This document shows positions 48,590 through 60,815 of a stretch of 64,000 nucleotides of DNA, one piece after another. The notes below the pieces were generated by a model. The model was not told the DNA's origin, did no database searches, and saw only the letters and a program-made list of their open reading frames with translations. How positions within the stretch are numbered: position 1 is the first letter of the stretch; each line of letters starts with the position of its first letter. Origin of the DNA: Malacoraja senta (Eukaryota); assembly GCA_038087875.1 (NCBI GenBank), contig CM075979.1, forward strand, positions 45,818,001-45,882,000, in the 5' to 3' direction. The translations under genes were made by a program, and so were the position numbers.

Positions 48590-50290
48590 GAGGAGAGGTT
48601 CGCCCAGTTGGCAGTGTTGACCTGTAGTGCCACCTAGTGACACGTGTGCACAAGCTGAACTGTTTTATTGTCCCCGGCAAAGTAACGACTCTACTTGGTA
48701 TTGATGCCTGCCAGGATCTGAGAGTGATAAGCTTTGCAGAAGAGGTGCATCACCTTTCCCCTGCCCAAGATTCCACTGAATAAATTCTCGCTCAGTATAA
48801 GGTACATTTTGACAACAAGCTTGGAAAGCTGCCACTGAAATACTCTATTGTAACCAATCCCGACATAATGCCTGCTAGACTAAAATGCAGGAGAAACTCA
48901 GCGGGTGAGGGAGCATCCATGGAGCAAAGGAAATAGGCCAATTTAAAGGAAGTACTGGATTGGGTGAAGGACATCAACCTTAAGCTTAACCCCCTAAAAT
49001 GCAGGTTTGGTGTCAGAGAAGTAAAGTACATAGGACACGTTTTTACTAGTGATGGACAAACCAGATCCTTCCAAGACCGGTTCCCTGGGACGTAACCAGT
49101 TTACACAGATTCCTTGGCCTGGTGAATTACCTGGGTAAGTTCATTCTGAACTTCAGCGAACTGTCAGCACCACTGCGGCAGCTGACACACAAAGACACAA
49201 CCTGTTCCTGGTACACACAACACCAGGGAGTATTTGTCTAAACCAGCAGTTGTCCTGTGCCCCGACTCTCGCTTACTTTGATGTAAACCTGCCGGTAACG
49301 CTAACCTGCGATGGATGCCTCCCAGTACGGACTGGGTGCTGCCTGCCTTCAGAGCACCAGTGACGGTGACAACAAACCTGTGGTATCTGCCTCTCGCGCG
49401 ATGTCTGAGACCGAGCAATGCTATGCTCAAATCAAAAAGGAACTACTGGCATGGACTTTGCCTACATAAAATTCAAAGGCCTTATTTTTGGAAAGACTGT
49501 AGCTGTTGAAACAGACCACCAGCCCCTGATCAGCATTCTAAACAAGCCAATCCACGCTGCTCCCGCTCGCCTGTAGCGGATGATGATGAAGCTTCAAAGG
49601 TACGATATCAACCTGGTTTACAAACCAGGCAAAGACATGCACCGAGCCGACACTCTATCCAGAGCCCCACGTAAGACCTGCGAGCAACAAACAACAGTCA
49701 ACGACACGTACATTGTGATGATGGTGTCGTACCTTCCCCCAGAGTGGCTGGATGACTAGGCTGCCCAGACAGCAGCTGATGTCTCCCTCCAGTCCCTGTC
49801 CTCGATCATCCGGCATGGCTGGCTGGATAAACAGCACAAGGTACCTGTTACCATCCGCCCGTTCTTCCTGGTCCGTGATGAGCTAGAGCTCCAGGATGGT
49901 GTGATTGTCAAAGGACACAATGCGGTCATTCCAACTGCTATACGAGACAAGTATTTCGACTCGGACCACGGGGGACATCCCGGCACCGAGGCAACCATTC
50001 TTCGAGCCAAGAGCATGTTTTTCTGGCCCGGAATAACCGAGTTTATACGAGAGAGAGTGGAAGCCTGCGCGATCTGCAACAGCCTGGCACCCCATCAACA
50101 CTAATCAGCCACTTCTCACTCACCCAGTCCCTGCCCTACCATGGTCCACACTGGCAACAGACATTTTTGAATGGCATGGTAAACAATTCCTGTTTCTAGT
50201 TGACTCGTACTCGGGCTGGTTTGGGATTGACTTGCTTCCCAGCCCCACTTCAGCAGTGGTGGTTCAGAAACTAGCGCAACACTTTTCAAG
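48590..50290 (+). mobile_element. Degenerate Ty3/Gypsy pol remnant
   Basis: LLGIDAC, LKLNPLKC, YAQIKKELLA, TDHQPL, ADTLSRA, the H2C2 zinc finger (HGGHPG..CAIC) and LVDSYSGW occur in PR-RT-RH-IN order, with many stops and deletions. Confidence 0.8.
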
Positions 50291-51189
50291 TCATGTAGGT
50301 ATGTTACAAAACTTACCTTCAGCCGCGCTGCAGTTCTGTCACTGCCCGTGTGCGCGACTTTGGTGCCTTTGAGAGGGGGGCGGGTTTAAAATGCCTTGTT
50401 TCTCCAGCCTATTCAAATCGATGTTTGTTAGACTTAGCTGCTAAAGAATAATCGCTTTGACTGCCGTTTTATTAAGTTTCTTTTAAACTGCACTGGATAT
50501 TTTACAAACGGGATAAACATCTTCCCGTCGCATTCCAACCTATATTTCTGAAGTTTTTAAAGTTATAATCATTTATTTGAAAAAATTATCTGCTCTTCAG
50601 TGGGAGACTCTTGCAACACTTTCCATTGATGATGTCAAAGTGCCATCTCACAGACATCCAATCACAAAGGATCTCATTTACAAATGACATCACAATGGGA
50701 CAGGGGTGGGAGATTGCAACTTTCACGTGTACCCACGAATGCAATCAACCTGGCATGCACAATCAAATAAGATCAAAGACAAGTTGTCCTCCCCCTCCCT
50801 CCCCACCACCCTCCCTATCTACACCCCCTCCTTCTCTACCTCCCTCCCTCTCTGCCACCTCCCTCTCTGCCACCTCCCTCTCTACCCCCTCCCTCTCTAC
50901 CCCCTCCCCCTCCCTCTCTACCCCCTCCCTCTCTACCCCCCCTCCTTCACTGCCCCCCTCCCTCTCTGACTCCCTCTCCCTCTCTACCCGCCCTCTCTAG
51001 GGAGTGGTGAGTATTGGGACCTATGGGTGAGTGGAGGAATATTGCATTCGGGGACAAGCCCTCCCCTGCACTCCCCACCAACCCTCAATATCTAACCACC
51101 TCCCTCTCCCTCTCTACCCCCCCTCTCTCTCTACTCCCTCCCTCTCCCACTCTAGCCGCACCTACGCAGTTGGGGGCTATGGCGGGATA

Positions 51190-51775
51190 GACATAGAATA
51201 TAGGTACAGGAGGAGGCCATTCGGCCCTTCGAGCCAGCACCGCCATTCATTGTGATCATGGCTGATCGTCCCCTATCAATAACCCGTGACTGCCTTCTCC
51301 CCATATCCCTTGATTCCACTAGCCCCTAGAGCTCTATCTAACTCTCTCTTAAATCCATCCAGTGACTTGGCCTCCACTGCCCTCTGTGGCAGGGAATTCC
51401 ATAAATTCACAACTCTCTGGGTGAAAAAGATTTTTCTCACCTCAGTCTTAAATGACCTCCCCTTTATTCTGAGACTGTGGCCCCTGGTTCTGGACTCACC
51501 CAACATTGGGAACATTTTTCCTGCATCTAGCTTGTCCAGTCCTTTTATAATTTTATATGTTTCTATAAGATCCCCCCTCATCCTTCTAAACTCCAGTGAA
51601 TACAAGTCTAGTCTTTTCAATATGACAGTCCCGCCATCCCAGGGATCAATCTCGTGAACCTACGCTGCACTGCCTCAATCACAAGGATGTCCTTCCTCAA
51701 ATTAGGAGACCAAAACTGTACACAATACTCCAGATGTGGTCTCACCAGAGCCCTATACAACTGCAGAAGAACCTC
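51190..51775 (-). mobile_element. CR1 3' fragment
   Basis: [16 protein letters not shown] and [12 protein letters not shown]. Confidence 0.88.
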
Positions 51776-51944
51776 CTGCCCTCTCTGCCAGGGCGGGGAA
51801 TAGGGGAAAAGGAGCAAATTAATAATATCAATATGATATCAGCGGGGGGGAGTAGTGTATATGTGTGTGGGGGTGGTTAGTGTGTGTTAGTGACGCCGCA
51901 GCATCCCCCCCCCCCCCCCGGCTGCAACCGGGTGTTGAGGGGAC

Positions 51945-51972
51945 GGGACCCAACGAGTCCCACTTGGTCTAG
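51945..51972 (+). mobile_element. Helitron-like 3' terminus
   Basis: Hairpin GGGAC/GTCCC followed by ACTTGGT-CTAG. Confidence 0.5.
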
Positions 51973-52214
51973 AGTTACACTGTAACTCTTCCCTTTGTTC
52001 TTAACATTGTAAATTTCTGTGTGTTTGCAGGGTTTCGCCACAGCCTTCCCATTTTCAGAAACGCTACTCACATTTTTTCCACGGACGGGATAGATATCTT
52101 CCTGTCGCATTTCAATCTATATTTCTGAAGTTACTAACCTTTTAAAAACAGCTTCAAAATATTAAAGTTTTCAAAGTTCTAATTTCAAAGAAAAGAAATC
52201 CGACTGACGTCATA

Positions 52215-52905
52215 ATCGACTGCAAGGCATGATGGGACACCGTGCGGGAGGGGCACTGAAGCTCTCCTGTGACATTTTCAAGCTCGGGGCTTGGGATGGG
52301 GCCGTGACTAGAGCCGAAAAATAAGCCGCTGGTGGAACCAAGGACGAGCCGGGGTCAGGGTCGTCGATGCCCGCCCCGCTGCCTGGTGGGGATGCTGCTG
52401 CCGTGGGCCGAGCCCGGCGACTGGGCCTGGGCTGGACCAGAGTCTGGAGCTGGAGTGACGGCCGAGCGCGGGGTTGGGATGGGGCTGTGAGCGGCCCCAA
52501 AAAAGAACCAAGAACGAGCCCAGAGATAAAGTAGGGGCCTGGACTGGAGACCATGCAGCAGCCGCAGAGCTGATGGCTACAGTCTACAGCCAGAGCCAGG
52601 CTGAGTACGAGAACCAGGCCGAGTTCCAGGCCCTGCCGCTGCTCTACGACCTGGGTTGGTCATGTGGCAGGTCCACGAGTAGTTGCTCTACTCAACAGCC
52701 AAAAATCTGTAACCTCCCTTTGATCTGGTATTTTGTTGGTTCACATGCTTGATCAATGGTGTTTTATCATTAATGTTTTATTATTATTAATGTTTAGTGT
52801 TTTCGGAGTCATTCGTAACTGTCACTATGTCATGTTGTTACTTGTGGGTGGAGCACCAAGGAAAATTCCTTGTATGTGAATACTTGGCCAATAAACTTAC
52901 TTACT
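52215..52905 (+). mobile_element. GC-rich element with LINE-type tail
   Basis: Ends in AAATTCCTTGTATGTGAATACTTGGCCAATAAA and (CTTA)n. Confidence 0.5.
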
Positions 52906-52959
52906 TAATGGGAGTGAGGAGAGGAGGGTGAGGGAAATGAGGAGGAGGGGTGGGGTCTC

Positions 52960-52965
52960 TACTCT

Positions 52966-52997
<32 letters not shown>

Positions 52998-53999
52998 GCT
53001 CCTCTCTCTCTCTGCCCCTCACTCGCTCTCCTCTCACTCTCTCCTCTCACTCTCCTCTCTCTCTGCCTCTCTCTCTGCCTCTCTCTCTGCCCCCCTTCTC
53101 CCTCTGCCTCACTCTCTCTCTCTCTCTCTCTCTCTGCCTCTCTCTCTCTGCCTCTTCTCTTTCTGCCTCTCTCTATCTGCCCCTCTCTCTCTGTGCCTCT
53201 CTCTCTGCCTCCCTCTGCCTCTCCCTGCCTCTCTCTTCCTCTCCCTCACTATGCCTCTCGCTCTGCCCCTCTCTCTCTCTCTCTGCCCCCTCTCTCTCTC
53301 TGCCTCTCTCTCTCTGCCTCTCTCTGCCTCACTCTCTCTGCCTCTCTCTCTCACTGCCCCCTCTCTCCCTGCCTCTCTCTCTCTCTGCCTCTCTCTGCTT
53401 CTCTCTCTGCCTCTCTCTCTGCCACTCCCTCTTTCTGCCTCTCTCTCGCTCTTTGCCCCCTCTCCCTCTCTGCCTCTCTCTTTCTCTGCCTCTCTCTCTG
53501 TCATTATCTCTCTGCATCTCTCTCTCTCTCTGTGCCTCTCTGCCCTCTCTGCCCTCTCTGCCCTCTATTTCTCTCTGNNNNNNNNNNNNNNNNNNNNNNN
53601 NNNNNNNNNNNNNNNNNNNNNNNNNNNNNNNNNNNNNNNNNNNNNNNNNNNNNNNNNNNNNNNNNNNNNNNNNNNNNNNNNNNNNNNNNNNNNNNNNNNN
53701 NNNNNNNNNNNNNNNNNNNNNNNNNTCTTTCTCTCTCTGCCCCTCTCTTTCTCTCTCTGCCCCTCTCTTTCTCTCTCTGCCCCTCTCTTTCTCTCTCTGC
53801 CCCTCTCTTTCTCTCTCTGCCCCTCTCTTTCTCTCTCTGCCCCTCTCTTTCTCTCTCTGCCCCTCTCTTTCTCTCTCTGCCCCTCTCTTTCTCTCTCTGC
53901 CCCTCTCTTTCTCTCTCTGCCCCTCTCTTTCTCTCTCTGCCCCTCTCTTTCTCTCTCTGCCCCTCTCTTTCTCTCTCTGCCCCTCTCTCTCTCTCTCTG

Positions 54000-54033
<34 letters not shown>

Positions 54034-54070
54034 GTTTCACCCTATCTACCCCTTTCCCCTCCCTCTCTAC
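52960..54070. repeat. Pyrimidine-rich low-complexity tract with a 20-bp tandem repeat (about 13 copies, 53726-53980)
   Basis: Unit CCCTCTCTTTCTCTCTCTGC. Confidence 0.95.
53578..53725. other. Assembly gap (148 N)
   Basis: Run of N. Confidence 1.
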
Positions 54071-54928
54071 CCCCCTCTCTGCGTAGTTGGGGGCTATGTG
54101 TGAGTGGATAGGCCTGTTAGTCTGCCCCACGCAGATTGGTCTCCTCGCCTGTCAGTCAACACCATGGCCAGGACGGCGACGCCCCTTCCTGCACCACGAC
54201 CTCTCCCGTCTCACTCACAAACCCATCATCCCCTCCTCACAGTAACTTGTCTACCGTCTCCCCAACCACTGGCGGCGGCGGCTGCGGGGGTGGGGGGGGT
54301 TAGTTCAGTGGAGGCCCTGGTCCCGTCTCTCTCTCCCTCACTTACCCCTCTTTCCCCGCCCAACCCTTGCGGCAATGGCGGTCCCGTCTACCCGTCCCCC
54401 CCGGATAAATGGCTGCGACCGTCCGTCTCCTCAGCCGCCGCCGCTGCAGTAACTCACCCTCACGGCCCTCACCCTCAGGCAGCGGGCAGGCAGGGCTTGA
54501 ATGGGCCGAGCCGCAGCAGCGAGCGGTCGGGCAGGACAGGGAAGGGCCGAGCGGCGGCTTAGCTGGAGTGGGCAGAGGGAGGGAGGGAGAGTCGGGTTGC
54601 AGGGTGGCCGAGCAGTTTGCGCGGAGTTTGAGAAACTCACACACACACGCAAAATGCAAACTGGTCCAATCGTCTAGTCAATGGGATCTAAACCACAGCT
54701 AACAATGAATGACCTGTGGAGGAAGGAACTGCAGATGCAGCTTTTTGTGGAGGGAGGGAGTAACTGAAGGTAGTGGAAAGGAGATGGAGGGAGAGATGAG
54801 GGAGGGATTGGGGGAGGGGAGGAGGAGAGGTGAAGAGGAGGGGGAAGGAGTGCTGGGGGATGAGGGGAATGAACCGTGCCTGCGCAGTTGGGGGGCTATG
54901 CGCGAGTCGTGGAATATTGCGTTGGGGA

Positions 54929-54953
54929 GCAGACCCGTCTGCACTTAGTCTAG
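54929..54953 (+). mobile_element. Helitron-like 3' terminus
   Basis: Perfect hairpin GCAGAC-CC-GTCTGC, then ACTTAGT-CTAG followed by T. Confidence 0.55.
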
Positions 54954-55214
54954 TGAAGGATTGAACGTTGCATTAGTTTATAAAACCATCACCCACTTCA
55001 CAAACACATTTACAACATTGCTGCAGATGCTAGAGATACTGGCAATAGAGTTCATTGCAGTCCATGTCCTTGTGATCATTTTGTGGTTCAGATCCCCTCC
55101 AGTCTGTGTTGTGAGGAAAACTAGATTACTAATCAGTGTTGTGGTGAGTTTACAAGACTGTTCGGTTCTCATCACTAATCCATTCCCACACTGGACATTC
55201 TGTGTAAGTTGACC

Positions 55215-55432
55215 CTACAAACGGCAGACGTGAGGCGGTCCTTCAAAAAGGGCAATGACTGCCAAGCTCCAGGATGTGCGCTGATCAACTGGCAGAGGTG
55301 TTCACCAACATCTTCAACCTCTCTCTGAGTCAGTCTGTGGTTCCCAACCCCTTCAAAGCATCCATCATGTTCCTGTTCCAAAGAAACCAATAATCTCCTG
55401 CTTCAATGACTACCGTCCTGTCGCACTGACAA
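55215..55432 (+). mobile_element. Rex1/Babar-like RT fragment
   Basis: QLAEVFTNIFNLSLSQSVVP..PKKP..FNDYRPVALT. Confidence 0.75.
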
Positions 55433-57940
55433 CACAAGAAGAAAGAACGGGCGAGGACAAGTTTCTACAGAGATCCGTATAAGTTTGTCAAAAGCCTCTT
55501 TGTCAAGGAGAAGAGCGGGATCCTGAGAGTACCTGTAAGGGAACTGGAGGAGCACCTGAGGAAGACGTACTCTGACAACCTGAGGCATGAGCCAGTCACC
55601 ATTCGAGATGACATGCCACCTATCCACCCACCTGATCACCAGATGGACATAAGGCCTCCTACATGGAAGGAGGTGGAGAACACAGTCAGACGGACAAGAA
55701 CAGCATCAGCCCCAGGGCCCAATGGCATTCCATACAGGCTCTATAAGAACACCCCTGGTGCCCTGAAATACCTTTGGAAGTTAATGAAAGTGGCATGGGG
55801 GAAAGGAATCATACCTAAGGCATGGCGAAGGGCAGGAGGGATCTTAATTCCCAAAGAAAAGAACTTCTCAACCATTAGCCAATTCCGCCAGATCAGCCTT
55901 CTGAACGTGGAAGGAAAGATCTTCTTTGGTGTTGTGGCCCAAAGACTCTCAGCATTTTTGCAGAGCAACAACTTCTTTGACACGTCAGTGCAGAAAGCAG
56001 GGGTACGTGGTTTCTCAGGATGTCTGGAACATGCAAACGTCATCTGGCACCAGATACAAACTGCCAAGAAGGAAAAGAGATATCTGCATGTGGTTTTCTT
56101 AGATCTTGCCAATGCCTTTGGTTCGGTGCCCCATGAGACTCTTTGGGCAGCTTTTAACTTGTTCCAGGTCCCAGAGGTCATCACAAAGCTGGTAAAAGCT
56201 TACTTCCAGGACCTCCAGTTCTGCGTCACAACACAGGACAACACCACCGCCTGGCAGCACCTTGAGGTAGGCATAATGGCAGGCTGTACCATTTCTCCTC
56301 TGGTTTTCACCATGGCAATGGAGCTCATCATTCGAGCATCACGATGGGTGGTCGGAGGGGAAAGCTTGAAGAGTGGGCTGCGTCTTCCTCCAATCAGGGC
56401 GTACATGGATGACATCACCACAATAACAACAACAAAAGCATGCATCAAACGCAGGCTGGATAAACTCCAGGAAAACATCAAATGGGCACGAATGGAGATT
56501 AAACCCAGCAAATCCTGCAGTATTTCCATCGTCAAAGGCTGGCTCACTGACGAAAGGTTCCGCTTCAATAACGAGACAATACCAACTGTTCTGGAGAAGC
56601 CTGTCAAAAGCCTCGGGCGATGGTACACCTCATACCTCAAGGAAGCAGAGCAGGTGGAACAACTCAGGCAGGATACAATCAGTGGCCTCAAGCAAATCAA
56701 CAACATTGCTCTCCCAGGGAAGCTGAAGCTTTGGTGCCTTCAATTCAGTCTACTGCCCCGACTTATGTGGCCAATTACCATCTACGAGGTCACTTTATCC
56801 CATGTCAACCAGCTGGAGAGGCTGGTGAACTCACGTGAGGAAGTGGCTTGGGCTACCGAGATGCCTCAGCAGCATAGGGCCCAATAATAAGAGGTGTAGC
56901 TCCAACCCTAGCAACAGGGAAGAAATGAACTCCAGCAGCAGTGGTACAGGACGCAAAATCCGCCCTCCGACACCGGGACATAGTGGGCCATGTCCAACAA
57001 GACCAAGGGGGCTTTGGCCTGGGAGCAATGAAACCTACCTGGCAAAAGGTTACTCCAGCTGAACGTCAGCACCTGGTGGTGGAGGAGGTGCGCCACCAAG
57101 AAGAAGCATCCAAGTGTGCCAAAGCCATATCCCAAGCCAAACAAGGCCGCTGGATGAGGTGGGATGGCGTTGAGAGGAGGAAAATCACATGGGGAGAGCT
57201 GTGGACCATGGAGTCAAATAAGTTGAGCTTCATTATCAGAGCCACATATGACATCCTTTCCTCTCCCACAAACCTAGGTCAAGGATCCAGCCTGCCCCCT
57301 GTGTGCAGTTCCAGCAAACCTCAAGCACATCCTGGTCGGTTGTAAGACCAGCCTAACACAAGGCAGATACACCTGGCGACACAACCAGGTGCTGAGGTGT
57401 TTGGCAGCTGAACTCGAGTGCAAGAGAGTTACCACCAACGCCATGCCTATCAATGCCCAGATAACATTCCCGCAAATACCATCCTTCATCCGGGAAGGAG
57501 AGAAACGGAGGACTAACCCCTCGCCTCTCAACACATGCCCACTGAACGCAGCCAGGGACTGGGAAATGCGTGTTGACCTAGGCCAGAGGCTTTCGTTCCC
57601 AGCTGAAATCACAGCTACTAACCTGCGACCAGACCTCGTTCTCTGGTCCAACTCCTGTCGGCGTGTTTTCATCATTGAGCTGACGGTCCCCTGGGAGGAG
57701 GCTGTGGACGAGGCTTATGAAAGAAAAAAGGTTTGAAATTCAAACCTTACAGCAGAGGCAGAGGAGAGAGGTTGCAGTGTAAGGGTGTGTCCAGTGGAGG
57801 TAGGGTGCAGGGGCTTTGTAGCCAGTTCCACCGCAAGGCTCCTGAGGGAAGTAGGAGTCAGAGGGCAGGCACAAAGGAGGGCAATAAAAGAACTTGCCAA
57901 TGCCGCCGAACGGAGCAGTCACTGGCTGTGGCTGAAGAGA
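55433..57940 (+). mobile_element. HERO-like (R2 superfamily) non-LTR retrotransposon with restriction-like endonuclease, 5'-truncated
   Basis: SAPGPNG, LDLANAFGSVPH, GIMAGCTISP, YMDD, RHNQVL, RPDLV..IIELTVPWEE and WLWLKR. Frameshifts and a deletion after about 56835. Confidence 0.85.
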
Positions 57941-60305
57941 AAACATAGAAACATAGAAAATAGCTGCAGGAGTAGGCCATTCGGCCCTTCGAGCCTGCAC
58001 CGCCATTCAATATGATCATGGCTGATCATCCAACTCAGTATCCTGTACCTGCCTTCTCTCCATACCCCCTGATCCCTTTAGCCACAAGGGCCACATCTAA
58101 CTCCCTCTTAAATATAGCCAATGAACTGACTTCAACTACCTTCTGTGGCAGAGAGTTCCACAGATTCACCACTCTCCGTGTGAAAAATTATTTTCTCATC
58201 TCGGTCCTAAAAGACTTCCCCTTATCCTTAAACTGTGACCCCTTGTTCTGGACTTCCCCAACATCGGGAACAATCTTCCTGCATCTAGCCTGTCCAACCC
58301 CTTAAGAATCTTGTAAGTTTCTATAAGATCCCCCCTCAATCTTCTAATTTCTAGCGAGTACAAGCCGAGTCTATCCAGTCTTTCTTCATATGAAAGTCCT
58401 GCCATCCCAGGAATCAGTCTGGTGAACCTTCTCTGTACTCCCTCTATGGCAAGAATGTCTTTCCTCAGATTTGGTGACCAAAACTGTACGCAATACTCCA
58501 GGTGTGGCCTCACCAAGACCCTGTACAACTGCAGTAGAACCTCCATGCTCTTATACTCAATCCTTTTGCTATGAATGCTAACATACCATTCGCTTTCTTC
58601 ACTGCCTGCTGCACCTGCATGCCTACTTTCAATGACTGGTGTACCATGAAACCCAGATCTCGTTGCATCTCCCCTTTTCCTAATCGGCCACCATTCAGAT
58701 AATAGTCTACCTTCCAGTTTTTGCCACCAAAGTGGATAACCTCACATTTATCCACATTATACTGCATCTGCCATGCATTTGCCCACTCACCCAACCTATC
58801 CAAGTCACCTTGCAGCCTCCTAGCATCCTCCTCACAGCTAACACTGCCCTCCAGCTTTGTGTCATCCGCAAACTTGGAGATGTTGCATTCAATTCCCTTA
58901 TCCAGATCATTAATATATATTGTAAATAGCTGGGGTCCCAGCACTGAGCCTTGCGGTACCCCACTAGTCACTGCCTGCCATTCTGAAAAGGACCCGTTTA
59001 TTCCTACTCTTTGCTTCCTGTCTGCCAGCCAGTTCTCTATCCACATCAATACTGAACCCACAATACCGTGCGCTTTAAGTTTGCATACTAATCTCTTATG
59101 TGGGACCTTGTCGAAAGCCTTCTGAAAATCCAGATATAACACATCCACTGGTTCTCCCTTATCCACTCTACTAGTTACATCCTTGAAAAATTCTAGAAGA
59201 TTTGTCAGACATGATTTACCTTTCATAAATCCATGCTGACTTTGTCCAATGATTTCACCACTTTCCAAATGTGCTGCTATCCCATCTTTAATAACTGACT
59301 CTAGCATTTTCCCCACTACCGATGTTAGACTAACTGGTCTGTAATTCCCCATTTTATCTCTCCCTCCCTTTTTAAAAAGTGGGGTTACCTTTGCTACTCT
59401 CCAATCCTCAAGAACTACTCCAGAATCTAAAGAGTTCTGAAAAATTATCACTAATGCATCCACTATTTCTGGGGCTACTTCCTTAAGTACTCTGGGATGC
59501 AGCCTGTCTGGCCCTGGGGATTTATCGGCCTTTAATCCATTCAATTTACCTAACACCACTTCCCGGCTAACCGGGATTTCACTCAGTTCCTCCATCTCAT
59601 TTGACCCCCGGTCCCCTGCTATTTCCAGCAGATTATTTATGTCTTCCTTAGTGAAGACAGAACCAAAGTAGTTATTCAATTGGTCCGCCATGTCCTTGTT
59701 CCCCATGATCAATTCACCTGTTTCTGACTGCAAGGGACCTACATTTGTTTTAACTAATCTTTTTCTCTTCACATATCTATAAAAACTTTTGCAGTCAGTT
59801 TTTATGTTCCCTGCCAGTTTATTTTCATAATCTATTTTCCCTTTCCTAATTAAGCCCTTTGTTCTCCTCTGCTGGACTCTGAATTTCTCCCAGTCCTCTG
59901 GTAGGTTACATTTTCTGGCTAATTTGTATGTTTCATCTTTTGTTTTGGTACTATCCCTGATTTCCCTTGTTATCCACGGATGCACTACCTTCCCTGATTT
60001 ATTCTTTTGCCAAACTGGGATGAACAATTGTTGTAGTTCATCCATGCAGTCTTTAAATGCCTTCCATTGCATACCCACCGTCAACCCTTTAAGAATCACT
60101 TGCCAGTCTATCTTGGCCAATTCACGTCTCATACCCTCAAAGTTACCCTTCTTTAAGTTCAGAACCCTTGTTTCTGAATTAACAATGTCATTCTCCATCC
60201 TAATGAAGAATCCAACCATATTTTGGTCACTCTTTCCCAAGGGGCCACGCACAACAAGACTGCTAACCATCCCTTCCTCATTACTCAATACCCAGTCTAG
60301 AATAG
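57941..60305 (-). mobile_element. CR1 LINE (endonuclease end plus RT), interrupted by DIRS
   Basis: 592-aa ORF from LDWVLSNEEG/LGKSD to FADD, with a (CATAGAAA)n tail. Confidence 0.92.
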
Positions 60306-60612
60306 TAAGATTAAACGAGAACTTACCTAAGTTTGAAGTTTGATCTTTATTTTATGAGGAGTTACGTAGGTGATTACGTGAAGAAGCCCGTCAGTGCGCC
60401 TGCGCGTCAATCTTCAAAGCAGCGGTGTGAAATCACAAAAAACAAGAACCGAAGTAATATAGTCTCATACTAAAACGAGTAATACAAGAACTTCCATCTG
60501 ACCTTTATGATAGAGGGTAGGGTCGTGGCGGGCACGTAATCACCTACGTAACTCCTCATAAAATAAAGATCAAACTTCAAACTTAGGTAAGTTCTCGTTT
60601 AATCTTACTATT
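60301..60612. repeat. Perfect 80-bp inverted repeat (60301-60380 / 60533-60612): DIRS right terminus and ICR
   Basis: Exact reverse complements with a 152-bp spacer. Confidence 0.95.
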
Positions 60613-60815
60613 TTACTTCGGAGTCACGTGAGTGACTACGTGAAGATTTTAAAGCTTTGTGATTTCATGCCGTGGATCAATCCCGGCTTCTCACTGCATA
60701 GATTGACTCGAAACGAGAAAAATCAATCATGCATTCATAATAACATTTGTACCACAAATGCAGTAATTCATTTTTAATAATGAAATTAATCAGATCCCCT
60801 TTAAACCAGAGGAAT

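Noticed and set aside
52928-54130. Long ORFs of 200-390 aa
   Set aside because: Low-complexity CT repeats spanning an N gap.
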